Below are positions 17,269 through 26,100 of a DNA stretch of 64,000 nucleotides, in pieces (within the stretch, counting starts at the first letter, position 1; the number at the start of each line of letters is the position of its first letter). The stretch lies in assembly GCA_964548165.1 (NCBI GenBank), contig CAZJQD010000008.1, forward strand, positions 1,979 to 65,978. Direction: 5' to 3'. The notes under the pieces are model-generated. The model was not told where the DNA came from and did not search any database. It saw only the letters and a program-made list of their open reading frames with translations. This stretch comes from an uncultured bacterium (GTDB lineage: Bacteria; UBA8481). A program made the position numbers and the translations under genes.

Positions 17269-17778
17269 ATGAAAAAGCAGTCGCGGAAGTCGACCACGGT
17301 GACGGACATCGCGTCCGGTCGGAGGAAGACCTCGAAGTCGTCCTTCGGGAACGAGGGTCCGACCCTACGCACGGAAGGCAAGGTCGTCAGCCTGTCGCGA
17401 CGGGTGGAGTCCTCGTCGGGGTCGCCTGAACGCGCCACTTCCCGCAAAGATCGCGCCGCCGAGTGCCTGGCGGAGCTGGGATTGAGCGATCGCGAGATCG
17501 CGGCGATCCGCGAGAGCGTGCCGGTCGTGCCCTTCGACATCGAGCTCGTGGGTCGTTGTCGCGCCTTCGTCACCGCGCACCTCCACGGGTGGGACCATGC
17601 CACGTGGCTGGCTTTCGTGGAGGACCTGGCGGCGGACGGCTATGCGATCGGGACGGATAGCGGCCGCTGGTGGCTGGCCCAGAAGTTCGTCGGCAGTATC
17701 CTCGAGGCGATCCGGGCCTCCGAGCTTGCCGCGATCGTGGCGGCGGATACCACGCTCCCGGTGGCCAAGGCGGCGTAA
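17269..17778 (+). CDS. hypothetical protein (basic disordered N-terminus plus a conserved-looking C-terminal domain)
   Basis: Start refined to MKKQSRK with SD GAGGAGG 6 nt upstream (the track ORF begins at 17107). No family recognised. Confidence 0.45.
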   Translation: MKKQSRKSTTVTDIASGRRKTSKSSFGNEGPTLRTEGKVVSLSRRVESSSGSPERATSRKDRAAECLAELGLSDREIAAIRESVPVVPFDIELVGRCRAFVTAHLHGWDHATWLAFVEDLAADGYAIGTDSGRWWLAQKFVGSILEAIRASELAAIVAADTTLPVAKAA

Positions 17779-17813
17779 AGAGAGGCTCCTAACCTGATGT
17801 GTTCATGTAATTG

Positions 17814-17986
17814 AACCACGGAGACACAGAGACACGGAGAAAGTCCGGGCTCGAAATCAGAATCACAGATAGTCGAGCGGACTTTATAATGGGACCCAAT
17901 TGAGGGAAGTATTACGGGAGAAGCGTTGTAGTTCCCCCGACTTAAGCATGGTGCCTCTGTGCCTCAGTGCCTCCGTGGTTCGATTT
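17814..17986 (+). repeat. AT-rich island holding a 26-nt imperfect inverted repeat that encloses ~115 nt, followed by a T6 tract; candidate structured ncRNA or MITE-like element
   Basis: Left arm aaccacggag-acac-agag-acac-ggag (17814-17839). The reverse complement of 17951-17980 is aaccacggag-gcac-tgag-gcac-agag-gcac, 22 of 26 identical; the mismatches would be G·U-compatible on the opposite strand. Both arms are internal tandem triplications of an 8-mer. Inner 13-bp bulged hairpin aaagtccgggctcga…tcgagcggacttt. Followed by cgattttttgg. Local GC about 48% against about 70% background. Lies between two convergent gene 3' ends. Confidence 0.4.
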
Positions 17987-18092
17987 TTTGGCTCGGGATA
18001 ATGGTCTTCGGGACCGGAGCGGCGACGCGCGGAGGAAGAGGTTCACCGCACGGGCGCTGTCTTCGGTCCTTTGTCGTTAAGGGGGAATCGTC

Positions 18093-18140
18093 AAAGCGCG
18101 ATCGCTAGAGCGCGGTCGCTAGAGCGCGATCGCTAGAGCG
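18093..18140. repeat. three tandem copies of a 15-nt unit (gcgcgatcgctagag / cgcggtcgctagag / cgcgatcgctagag), each carrying the GCGATCGC and CTAG palindromes, plus a degenerate fourth unit; abuts the stop of the RnfC-like gene
   Basis: Read directly: aaagcgcgatcgctagagcgcggtcgctagagcgcgatcgctagagcgcgatctcgag. The last unit overlaps the minus-strand stop codon at 18133-18135. Confidence 0.6.
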
Positions 18141-19449
18141 CGATCTCGAGGCGATGGGCGCGGAGCGAGAGCACCTGCCCGTCGATGGGGCTATGGACGC
18201 GCGCGCTGACGCCTTCCGCAGCCTCGCCGACGACGTCGCCGATCTTGACCCGGTCCCCGACTGCCTTCGTGGGTATGGCGGGCGCGCCGGAGTGGCCGTC
18301 GAGCGGGAGAAAGACCCGGCCGGGGGCCAGGGGCAGTCCTTGCAGGGGCGCCGGCACATCCCACTCGCCGATGCCGAGCCGCTCCACGAGCGCGTGCACG
18401 GGGACCTTCCGGTTCTCGAAGAACTCGTTGAGGACGACGTTCTGTTCCCGGAACGGGCTCTTGAGGTTGTGCTTCTTCATCGCCACGCGCGTCTGGACCA
18501 TCATCTCGCGGACCGGCAGGGGAATGGGGCAGGCCCAGAGCGAGCAGAGTCCGCACTCACAGCAGAGCGAGGCATTGAAGACGTCGGGGGCCATGGGTTG
18601 AGCGGAGAGCCCCGAGCGCATGACCTTGGAGGGCCAGCAGCGGTGGCCGAGCAGGTAGCGTGGGCAGAATTCGGTGCAGAGGTTGCACTGGTCGCAGGCG
18701 GCGCGCGCGACGTGCTGGTGCTGCTCGGGCTTCTGCTGGCGCCGCGTCACGTAGGGATGATCGGCGGGGAAGACGAGGAAGCCGCTCGTCTTCTTCGTGA
18801 CGATGGCCGAGGCGGGATCCACGAATCGCCCCATCATCGGCCCTCCATCCAGGATGGCGAAATCGGCGACGGATGGTCCTCCGGCTGCTTCCAGGCAGAA
18901 CGAGAGGGGTGTGCCGATCGCGGTCTCGACGGTGATGGGGTTATGGACCGCGCCGCCGATCGTGATGTGACGCGAGGTTACCGGGCGTCCCTCGTCGACG
19001 GCGGCGGCGAGCTGGATGAGCGTGACGACGTTCTGGACGAGGCAGCCGACGTCGCCGGGGCGCCCGCCCTCGGGGATGATCCGGCCCGTGACCTCGTAGA
19101 CGATGTTGAACTCGTCGCCGGCAGGATAGTAGTCGTCGAGGATGGCGACCTCGACGCCGGTGCCGGCGGCGGCCTTCTCGACCGCGGCGATGGTGGCGTG
19201 GTGCTTGTGCTTGATGGCGACGCTGAATCGCGTGGCGCCGACGGCCTCGCCGGCCAACTGGAGGCCGCGGACGAGCTGGCGCGCGTAGGCGCGGCCGACC
19301 TGCTGATCGATCCTGAGGAGTGGTTCGCACTCGGCGCCATTGGCGATCACCCAGTTGGCCTTGCCGGAAAGCTTGATGTGGGTGGGAAAACCGGCGCCGC
19401 CGGCGCCCACGATGCCGGCCGCTTTCGCCGCTTCATTGATACTCATCAT
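18133..19449 (-). CDS. RnfC/PduS-family NADH-binding iron-sulfur flavoprotein (orphan; no other rnf genes nearby)
   Basis: GIVGAGGAGFPTHIKL (NuoF/RnfC-type NADH/FMN-binding glycine motif) near the N-terminus. SLBB-like segment. Two 4Fe-4S ferredoxin motifs CDQCNLCTEFCP and CCECGLCSLWACP. C-terminal barrel-sandwich-like GDRVKIGDVVGEAAEGVSARVHSPIDGQVLSL. Start set at MMSINEAAK (the track ORF begins 25 codons earlier). Confidence 0.65.
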   Translation of the reverse strand: MMSINEAAKAAGIVGAGGAGFPTHIKLSGKANWVIANGAECEPLLRIDQQVGRAYARQLVRGLQLAGEAVGATRFSVAIKHKHHATIAAVEKAAAGTGVEVAILDDYYPAGDEFNIVYEVTGRIIPEGGRPGDVGCLVQNVVTLIQLAAAVDEGRPVTSRHITIGGAVHNPITVETAIGTPLSFCLEAAGGPSVADFAILDGGPMMGRFVDPASAIVTKKTSGFLVFPADHPYVTRRQQKPEQHQHVARAACDQCNLCTEFCPRYLLGHRCWPSKVMRSGLSAQPMAPDVFNASLCCECGLCSLWACPIPLPVREMMVQTRVAMKKHNLKSPFREQNVVLNEFFENRKVPVHALVERLGIGEWDVPAPLQGLPLAPGRVFLPLDGHSGAPAIPTKAVGDRVKIGDVVGEAAEGVSARVHSPIDGQVLSLRAHRLEIAL

Positions 19450-19477
19450 CTGCCGTACAATACTCCCACAGGATCCC

Positions 19478-20311
19478 ATGACGTTCAAGACGACATCTTC
19501 GAGCCCGAGCGAGGGCCCGCTCAACCGCGTGCGCGCCGCTCCCCGCGATCTTGTCGCATTCTTGTTGCTCGTTCTCGGCCTGAATGCCTGCGCCTCGGCG
19601 GGCCCGACCCTGCCGGAATCCGGGACTCCCTCGGAACTGGCCCGCGCCTACTACGACCTGGTGCTCGCGGACCAGGCGCCTCCCGTGCGCGACCTCGAAC
19701 GCCGCCTCGTCGGCACCGGAGCCTTCGCGGAACCCATCGGCTGGACGGGCTCGGGCAAGATCTTCGCCTCGGTGCTGGCGGGAACGATCACGAGCGAGAC
19801 CGTCGCGATGCCGCGCTCCCCGCGCCGGTCGGGGACGGGAGAGGTACAGGCCATCGAGGTACGGACGCTTCACGCGACGGAGGTGCCGGACTGGTTTTCG
19901 TACATCGGGGAGTCGCGCCCGGGGTTCGCGAGCCTGGTGGCGGATCGCGTCTGGCTGGACGAGCGCGTCACCCGCGACACGGCCGTCCTCGCCGCGACGC
20001 TCTGGCACGAATACCAGCATGTCCGGGACCGGCGTCATTATCGCCGTCTCTCGCCGGCCATCCTCGAGGCCCGCGGCGCGATCCGGGAACTGACGACGGG
20101 CCTGGACGTGCGCGGCCTGCTCGGTCGCCTGGAGACGGCGCGAGCGAGCGGCGCCGAGGCCGCGCATTACCGCGAAGCGGCCGAGCGGGTGATGACGTCC
20201 ATGGCGCTTGTCCTGGGCGCGTCGGCCGCGAGCGCGCCCGCGATCGCGGCGTTCGGCGACGAGGTTGTGGCCGCGGCCGCCGATGTTCTTGTCTCCCTGG
20301 CGGGGATGTAG
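19478..20311 (+). CDS. secreted/lipoprotein putative zinc metallopeptidase (HExxHxxxxxH motif), hypothetical
   Basis: Start refined to MTFKTT…. Signal peptide with LVAFLLLVLGLNAC(ASA), lipobox-like or AxA site. LWHEYQHVRDRRHY has metzincin-like HExxH-X5-H spacing, but Gly is replaced by Asp. Stop 2 nt before the radical-SAM ATG. Confidence 0.5.
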   Translation: MTFKTTSSSPSEGPLNRVRAAPRDLVAFLLLVLGLNACASAGPTLPESGTPSELARAYYDLVLADQAPPVRDLERRLVGTGAFAEPIGWTGSGKIFASVLAGTITSETVAMPRSPRRSGTGEVQAIEVRTLHATEVPDWFSYIGESRPGFASLVADRVWLDERVTRDTAVLAATLWHEYQHVRDRRHYRRLSPAILEARGAIRELTTGLDVRGLLGRLETARASGAEAAHYREAAERVMTSMALVLGASAASAPAIAAFGDEVVAAAADVLVSLAGM

Positions 20312-20313
20312 CG

Positions 20314-22941
20314 ATGAGCCTGGGGACCTCCAACTGGCTCGCGGACGCGGGCGCCGCGGGGATCGGTGTGGGCGCGGACGCATCGGGGAGCGGCGCGATC
20401 CTCAAGCCCGGCCGTTACCTCGGCGGCGAGGTCAACGCGGTCGCGCGGCCCGGAGCCTCGCCCGCGCTCGCGCTCTGCTTCCCCGACGTCTATGAGATCG
20501 GCATGAGCCACCTTGGGCTCAAGATCCTCTACGAGGCCGCGCTCAAGGATCCGGATTTCGCCGCGGAACGCGTCTTCGCGCCGTGGCATGACGAGGAGGC
20601 GCGGCTGAGGCGAAGCGGCGGTGTCCTGCGATCGCTCGAGACCGGCCGACCACTTGGCGAGTTCGACCTCGTCGGCTTCTCCATCTCCTACGAGCTCTCC
20701 TACACGGACGTCCTCAACATGCTCGCCCTCGGCGCGGTTCCGCTCCGGGCCTCGGAGCGGGGCGACCAGGATCCGATTGTCCTCGCGGGTGGACACAGCG
20801 CCCTGCACATGGCGCCGCTCAGGGACTTCCTGGACGGCGTCTTTCTCGGCGAGGCCGACGAAGCCATGGGGGAACTCCTCGGGGCCTGCCGCGGGCCGCG
20901 GGACCGCGACGCCCGCCTCGATCGCCTCTCGACGATCGAGGGCGTGCATCTCCATGCCCCGCGGTTCGCGGGGCAAAAGGGGAGGCGACGCATCTTCTGG
21001 GGGTTTGGCCAGTCCAAGGGCGTCCTGAGGCCGGTGGTGCCGAATATCCAGGCCGTTCATGATCGGGTCTCGGTCGAGATCATGCGCGGGTGCACGCGGG
21101 GTTGCCGATTCTGCCAGGCCGGGTACATCACGCGGCCCCAGCGGTATCGCGATCTCGGGGCCGTCCTGGAGGAGGCGGAGACCGCCCTCGCGAACACGGG
21201 CTACGACGAGGTCTCGCTCGTCTCGCTCTCGTCGTGCGATCACCCGGGCATCCGCCCCCTGGCCGAGGCTCTCAACGCGCGTTTCTCGCCGCGCTCGGTC
21301 AGCGTCTCGATCCCCTCGACGCGCGTCGACGCGTTCGACATCGAGGTGAGCGAGCTGACCTCGAGCGGACGACGCACGGGGATCACCCTGGCGCCGGAGG
21401 TCGGTTCGGAGCGGATGGACCGCGTCATCAACAAGGGCTCGCCCACCTCCAAGCTCATCCAGAACCTCGAGGAAGCCTTTGGTCGCGGCTGGAAGACGGT
21501 GAAGCTGTATTACCTGATGGGGATCCCGTTCGAGACCCTCGCGGACGCGCGCGCGATCGGCGAGCAGTTGACGGTCCTGTATCCGATCGCGAAGAAGGCG
21601 CGCGGCGACATCCATGCCTCCGTCTCGATCCTCTGTCCCAAGCCCTGGACGCCCTTCCAGTGGCTGGGGATGGAGCGGGTGGAGATCCTCGAGGAGAAGA
21701 AGAAGGCGATCCGCGACGCGGCGCCGCGCGGGGTGAAGCTGGCGTTTCACGATCCCGAGCAATCGCTCGTGGAGGCCGCGCTCGCGCGCGGCGGCGCGCG
21801 GCTCGGGGCCGTCATCGAGGCGGCCTGGCGCCGCGGGGCCACGCTCCAGGCGTGGGGCGAGTTCTTCAACGCGGAGGCGTGGCGAGCCGCGTTCGTGGAC
21901 GCGGGCACCACGCTCGAAGCGGAGGCCCACCGCGAGTATGGGCACGACGAGGATCTCCCGTGGGAGGAGATCGAGCTCGGCGTAACGCGCGAGTTCCTGC
22001 GGCGGGAATGGGACGCCGCGGCGCGCGCGGCGCGCGGCGGGGATCGGTATTTGACCGAGGATTGCTCGACGGGCCGCTGCACCAACTGCGGCATGCCCTG
22101 CGTGGGCACGCATCCCACGGTCGATCTCAAGATGGAGGACGACGCCAGGAACGCTGTAGACCGCGAAGCGATCCCGGGGAGGCCACCCGCGGCGGCGCCG
22201 GCCGTGCCCCGTTCGCCCGATCGCTCTCTCCCCGTTCCGGTCGTGTCGCCCATGGTGCGTCGCGTCTCGTTTCGTTTCCGTCGCACCGGCGCGGCGACGC
22301 AGTTGGGCCATCTCGACCTGATGCGTCTCTTCGAGAGAGCATTGCGGCGAGCCGACCTCAGGGTCGCAACCTCGAGCGGGTTCAACCCGCGCCCGAAACT
22401 CAGGTTCGCCATGGCCCTGCCGCTGGGCGTAAGCGCCGAGCGGGAGTATGCGGAGCTGGACCTCGTGGAGCCCGTGCCCGAGGACTGGTGCGAGCGGCTC
22501 GACGCCACGCTCCCGGACTCCATCGGGTTGTTTGAAGCCGCGCCGCTCGAGGGAGCGCGGATGCCGCGCGTCATCGGAGCCGTGTATCGCGTGGAGTCCG
22601 GGGCCGCGGGAGCGATGGCGACGCGGCTGGCAGAGCGCATGACCGAGGCGGTGGCGCGAGGGGCGGCGCGCTCCGGCGGAAAAGTAGGTCGCAAGCGGCA
22701 GGGTGGGGGCCGGCGGGTGTCTCGCGGCGAGGACGCGAACGGAGCCGGCAGTCGCCCCCCGGCTCCGGCCACGTTCATCCTGGGCGAACATTGTTCGCTG
22801 GAGGGCCAGACCGAGGGTGCCGTTTACCTGAAGCTGGCCGTGCATGATGCGGGGAGCCTGGCGGTCGCCGATGTCCTGGCCCTGGTGCGAGACCTCGATC
22901 CGGCGCCGCGCGTCACGCGCACCGATCTCCTTCTGGAGTAA
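20314..22941 (+). CDS. radical SAM protein of the TIGR03960 family fused to a TIGR03936 (DUF2344) domain
   Basis: Start MSLGTSNWLADAGAAG; the 1595-aa track ORF is a read-through artefact. B12-binding-like N-terminal region. Radical-SAM Cx3Cx2C (MRGCTRGCRFCQAGY). C-terminal DUF2344-like region (…LGHLDLMRLFERALRRADLRVATSSGFNPRPKLRFAMALPLGV…). 875 aa. Confidence 0.8.
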   Translation: MSLGTSNWLADAGAAGIGVGADASGSGAILKPGRYLGGEVNAVARPGASPALALCFPDVYEIGMSHLGLKILYEAALKDPDFAAERVFAPWHDEEARLRRSGGVLRSLETGRPLGEFDLVGFSISYELSYTDVLNMLALGAVPLRASERGDQDPIVLAGGHSALHMAPLRDFLDGVFLGEADEAMGELLGACRGPRDRDARLDRLSTIEGVHLHAPRFAGQKGRRRIFWGFGQSKGVLRPVVPNIQAVHDRVSVEIMRGCTRGCRFCQAGYITRPQRYRDLGAVLEEAETALANTGYDEVSLVSLSSCDHPGIRPLAEALNARFSPRSVSVSIPSTRVDAFDIEVSELTSSGRRTGITLAPEVGSERMDRVINKGSPTSKLIQNLEEAFGRGWKTVKLYYLMGIPFETLADARAIGEQLTVLYPIAKKARGDIHASVSILCPKPWTPFQWLGMERVEILEEKKKAIRDAAPRGVKLAFHDPEQSLVEAALARGGARLGAVIEAAWRRGATLQAWGEFFNAEAWRAAFVDAGTTLEAEAHREYGHDEDLPWEEIELGVTREFLRREWDAAARAARGGDRYLTEDCSTGRCTNCGMPCVGTHPTVDLKMEDDARNAVDREAIPGRPPAAAPAVPRSPDRSLPVPVVSPMVRRVSFRFRRTGAATQLGHLDLMRLFERALRRADLRVATSSGFNPRPKLRFAMALPLGVSAEREYAELDLVEPVPEDWCERLDATLPDSIGLFEAAPLEGARMPRVIGAVYRVESGAAGAMATRLAERMTEAVARGAARSGGKVGRKRQGGGRRVSRGEDANGAGSRPPAPATFILGEHCSLEGQTEGAVYLKLAVHDAGSLAVADVLALVRDLDPAPRVTRTDLLLE

Positions 22942-23067
22942 AGCCGCGACGGCCGCCGACCGATAGCGCGGCATAGGGGGCGGACTGGCAGGAGGGCAGT
23001 CCGTCGCCGATAGGGAAAACCTGTGGAACATAAGGGGATAGCGTGTAGATTTGCAGAGGTTGGGAAC

Positions 23068-23096
23068 TTGACGAGAGCTTCTGAAAGCTTTAGAAA
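23068..23096 (+). promoter_or_regulatory. candidate sigma70-type promoter for smc (TTGACG-N17-TAGAAA) in the moderately AT-rich spacer
   Basis: -35 TTGACG at 23068-23073, 17-nt spacer, -10-like TAGAAA at 23091-23096, about 60 nt upstream of the smc GTG. Sequence-only prediction. Confidence 0.25.
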
Positions 23097-23157
23097 AGAG
23101 CGTCCCAGAACTGGAACGACACAGCTGAGCACACAGCTTAAACGCAGGAGCGTATCC

Positions 23158-26100
23158 GTGGTACTCAAGAGAATCGAAGTCTTCGGCTTCAAGTCGTTCC
23201 CCGACCGTACCGTTCTCGAGTTTCCCGAGGGCATCACGGCCATCGTGGGATCCAACGGATGCGGCAAGTCCAACGTCAGCGACGCCATCCGCTGGGTGCT
23301 CGGCGAGCAGTCGGCGAAGTCGTTGCGCGGCGACCGGATGGAAGACCTCATCTTCTCCGGCACGTCGTCGCGCAAGCCCTTGAACCTGGCCGAGGTCATC
23401 CTTACCTTCGACAACACGCACGGGCTCTTCCCCATCGAGTTCACGGAGGTTTCCGTCGGCCGCCGCCTGTTCCGTGACGGAACCTCCTGCTACCTCCTGA
23501 ACAAGCAGGAATGCCGGCTTCGCGACATCTTCGACCTCCTGATGGATTCCGGCATCGGGCGGCGCGCGCACGCCATCATCGAGCAGGGCAAGATCGACGA
23601 GATCATCACCGCGAAGCCCGAGGAGCGCCGGCAGATCATCGAGGAGGCCGCGGGTATCGCGAAGTACCGTTCACGCCGCGCCGATGCTCTTCGCCGCCTG
23701 GAGGCCACGCGCGAGAGCCTGCGCCGCGTCGACGATCTGATCCTGGAGCTGGAGCGGCAGGACCAGTCCCTGCGTCGCCAGGCGCGCAAGGCGGAGCGCC
23801 ATCGTGAGCTGACCACGGAGCTGAAGCAGGTCGAGCTCGCCCACGCGCGCGAGCGCGCCAGGACGCTGGATGAACAGCTGACCGCGGCGGGCGAACGCGT
23901 TCTCGAGCTCGACAAGGACGTCACGCGGATGGATGTCGAGCTGGCCGAGCTGGCCGTGGCGATCACGGCCGGGCGTGAGAGCCTGGATATCGCCCGTCGC
24001 CAGCTACGGGAGGCCGGATTGGAGCTCTCCGAGGCGGAGAAGGCTTCCTCGGCCGCCGAGTCGCGGCTCGGCGAGATGCGCGCCCGCCAGGACGATGACG
24101 CCCGTTCGCTGGCCGCCGTCGCCCGGGAGATTGACGCGTTGGATCAGCGCCTGGCTGCCGCCGCCGTGTCCCGCGCGAATGCGGCTGCCGAGTCGCAGGC
24201 GCTGGGCGAGACCCTGGCAGGGCTCGATGCGCGGCGCAGCGAGGCGGCGTTGACGCGCGATGATCGGCGCGCGGCCGTGGCGGCGGAACGTCGTCGTGGC
24301 GAGGAGCTGGCCACGGAGCGCCGGGCTGCCGACGCGGTGCGCGAGCGCCTGGCATCCGAGGAGAACTTCCTGGCCAGGACCCTCGCGGGTCTCGCGGAGC
24401 GCGACCTGGCGCTGGCGGCGCAACTGGCAGAGGCGATCGCGGCTCGCGAGGCCCTGGAGGCCGAGGCGGCGACGGCGCGCGGCGAGCTCTCCTCGGCCAC
24501 GGAGGCCGTGGTGGAGGCGGTGACGGCCAGGACGGAATCCGAGGAGCGCGCCATCGCGGCCGGTCATCGCTTCGATGCCACGACGCAGGCCCTGCACGCC
24601 GCCGAGCGCGAGCTTGCCGTGACGTCGTCGCGGCTGGAGTCGGCGTTGGCGCGCGCGGCCGCGGAGGCCGAGGTCGTGGCGGCGGCGGCCGCGGATGCCG
24701 GTTGCCCGCTCGCGCCGTTGGGTGACGCCCTGGGTGTGAGCGCGGAGCATGCGGCGGCGGTGGCCGCGGCGCTCGGGGATGTCCTTCACGGCGTGGTTGC
24801 CGGTGGCGAAGCCCCCGATCTCGATCGCCTCTCAACGAGCCTGGCGGGTCGCGCCGTCGTCGGCGAAGCGGCGGCGAAGTTCGCGGTCGCCTGGACGCCA
24901 CGCGAGGGGTTGACGCCCCTGGCCAGCGTGCTCGGGCCCTCCGCCGCCCCGGCCCTGCGATCGCTCCTGTCAGGCTGGTACCTGGCCACCGATGATGTGA
25001 TCGCGTCGTCGCAGTTGGCTCTCCTGGCCGAGTTCGAGCGGATCGTCACGCTGTCGGGCGCCGTTCATTGGCCCTTCGGCGCGCGCCGGGTTCCTGCCGC
25101 CGGCACCGGAGAAGAACTTTCCGCGGTGAGGGTTGCCCTGTCCGTTGCCCGCGCCGAGGCTGCCGCCGCGGTCGCCGCGCGCGAAGAGGAACGCGAGGAG
25201 GCTCGGGCGGCCCGCGATGAAGCCCGGTTGGCCTCGGTGGCGGCGCAGGCCCACCTCGACGACAAGAGGACGCAGGCTCGAAAGATCGAGTCCCGTCTCT
25301 CCGCGCTGACCACGCGCCTCGCGGACGCGCCAGAGCGCGCGCTGGGTTACGAGCGCGAGCAGGTGCAGGCCCAGGTCGTGACGGCGTCCGCCCGCCTGGC
25401 GGCGGTGAAGGAGGAGCGCGCGTCGGCCGCGGCCGCGGCGGAGTCCCAGGACGAGGAGCTCAGGCTCATTGCCGGGGTGATTCGCGACGCGGAGACGGCG
25501 GCAGAGAGCGCTCAGCAGGTGCTGGCCGGGCTCGATGTCGAGCTGGGCCGCGCCCGGGAGCGCCTGGCGGGTCTTGCCGCGGAAGAAGCTCGCCAGGCGC
25601 AATGGGAAGCGGAGTCGGCGGAGTCCCGCGCTCGGTACGGAGCCATGCGCGACGAGATCGCGGCGAGGCAGGAGCGGTTGGCCCAGGCGATCGGCGAGGT
25701 GCAGTCCGAGGTCGCCGAGCTCGTGGGGCGCCTGGCGGAACGTCGTCGGACGTTCGCGGCCTGCGAGACGGCGTGCGCGGACCTGGAGTGCGAGAACGGG
25801 GGCCTGGAGGAGAGCCAGCGCGCCCTCGCCCGGGCTCGCGAGTCCGCGCTCAGTGATCGCCACGCGGCCGAGATGGGCCAGATGAGTCTCCGGGGAGACC
25901 TCGCGGTGGTGCGTGACCGCGTCCGTGAAAAGTACGGCATCGAGGACATCGCGCAAATTCCGGCCGACGTCTCGGCCGGTCTCGAGGCGAGCGCGGGTCG
26001 AGTGGAGGAGCTGAAGGAGGCCCTGGAGCGCCTTGGTGGCGTCAATTGGGAGGCCAAGCAGGAGCTGGACGAGGTCGTCAAGCGCCTGGAATTCTACAAG

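Noticed and set aside
17970-17990. GGTTCGA T-loop-like string suggesting a tRNA
   Set aside because: No acceptor or anticodon stems can be drawn. It is followed by TTTTTT rather than a CCA-compatible 3' end. It is part of the inverted-repeat arm.
17999-18110. 36-codon plus-strand ORF (MVFGTGAATRGGRGSPHGRCLRSFVVKGESSKRDR) inside the AT-rich island
   Set aside because: No usable SD (ATG 2 nt after GGGA). Gly/Arg-rich composition is typical of random GC-rich frames.
18093-18150. Tandem 15-mers as a CRISPR array
   Set aside because: Units are directly adjacent with no spacers, only about 3.5 copies, and no cas genes in the window.
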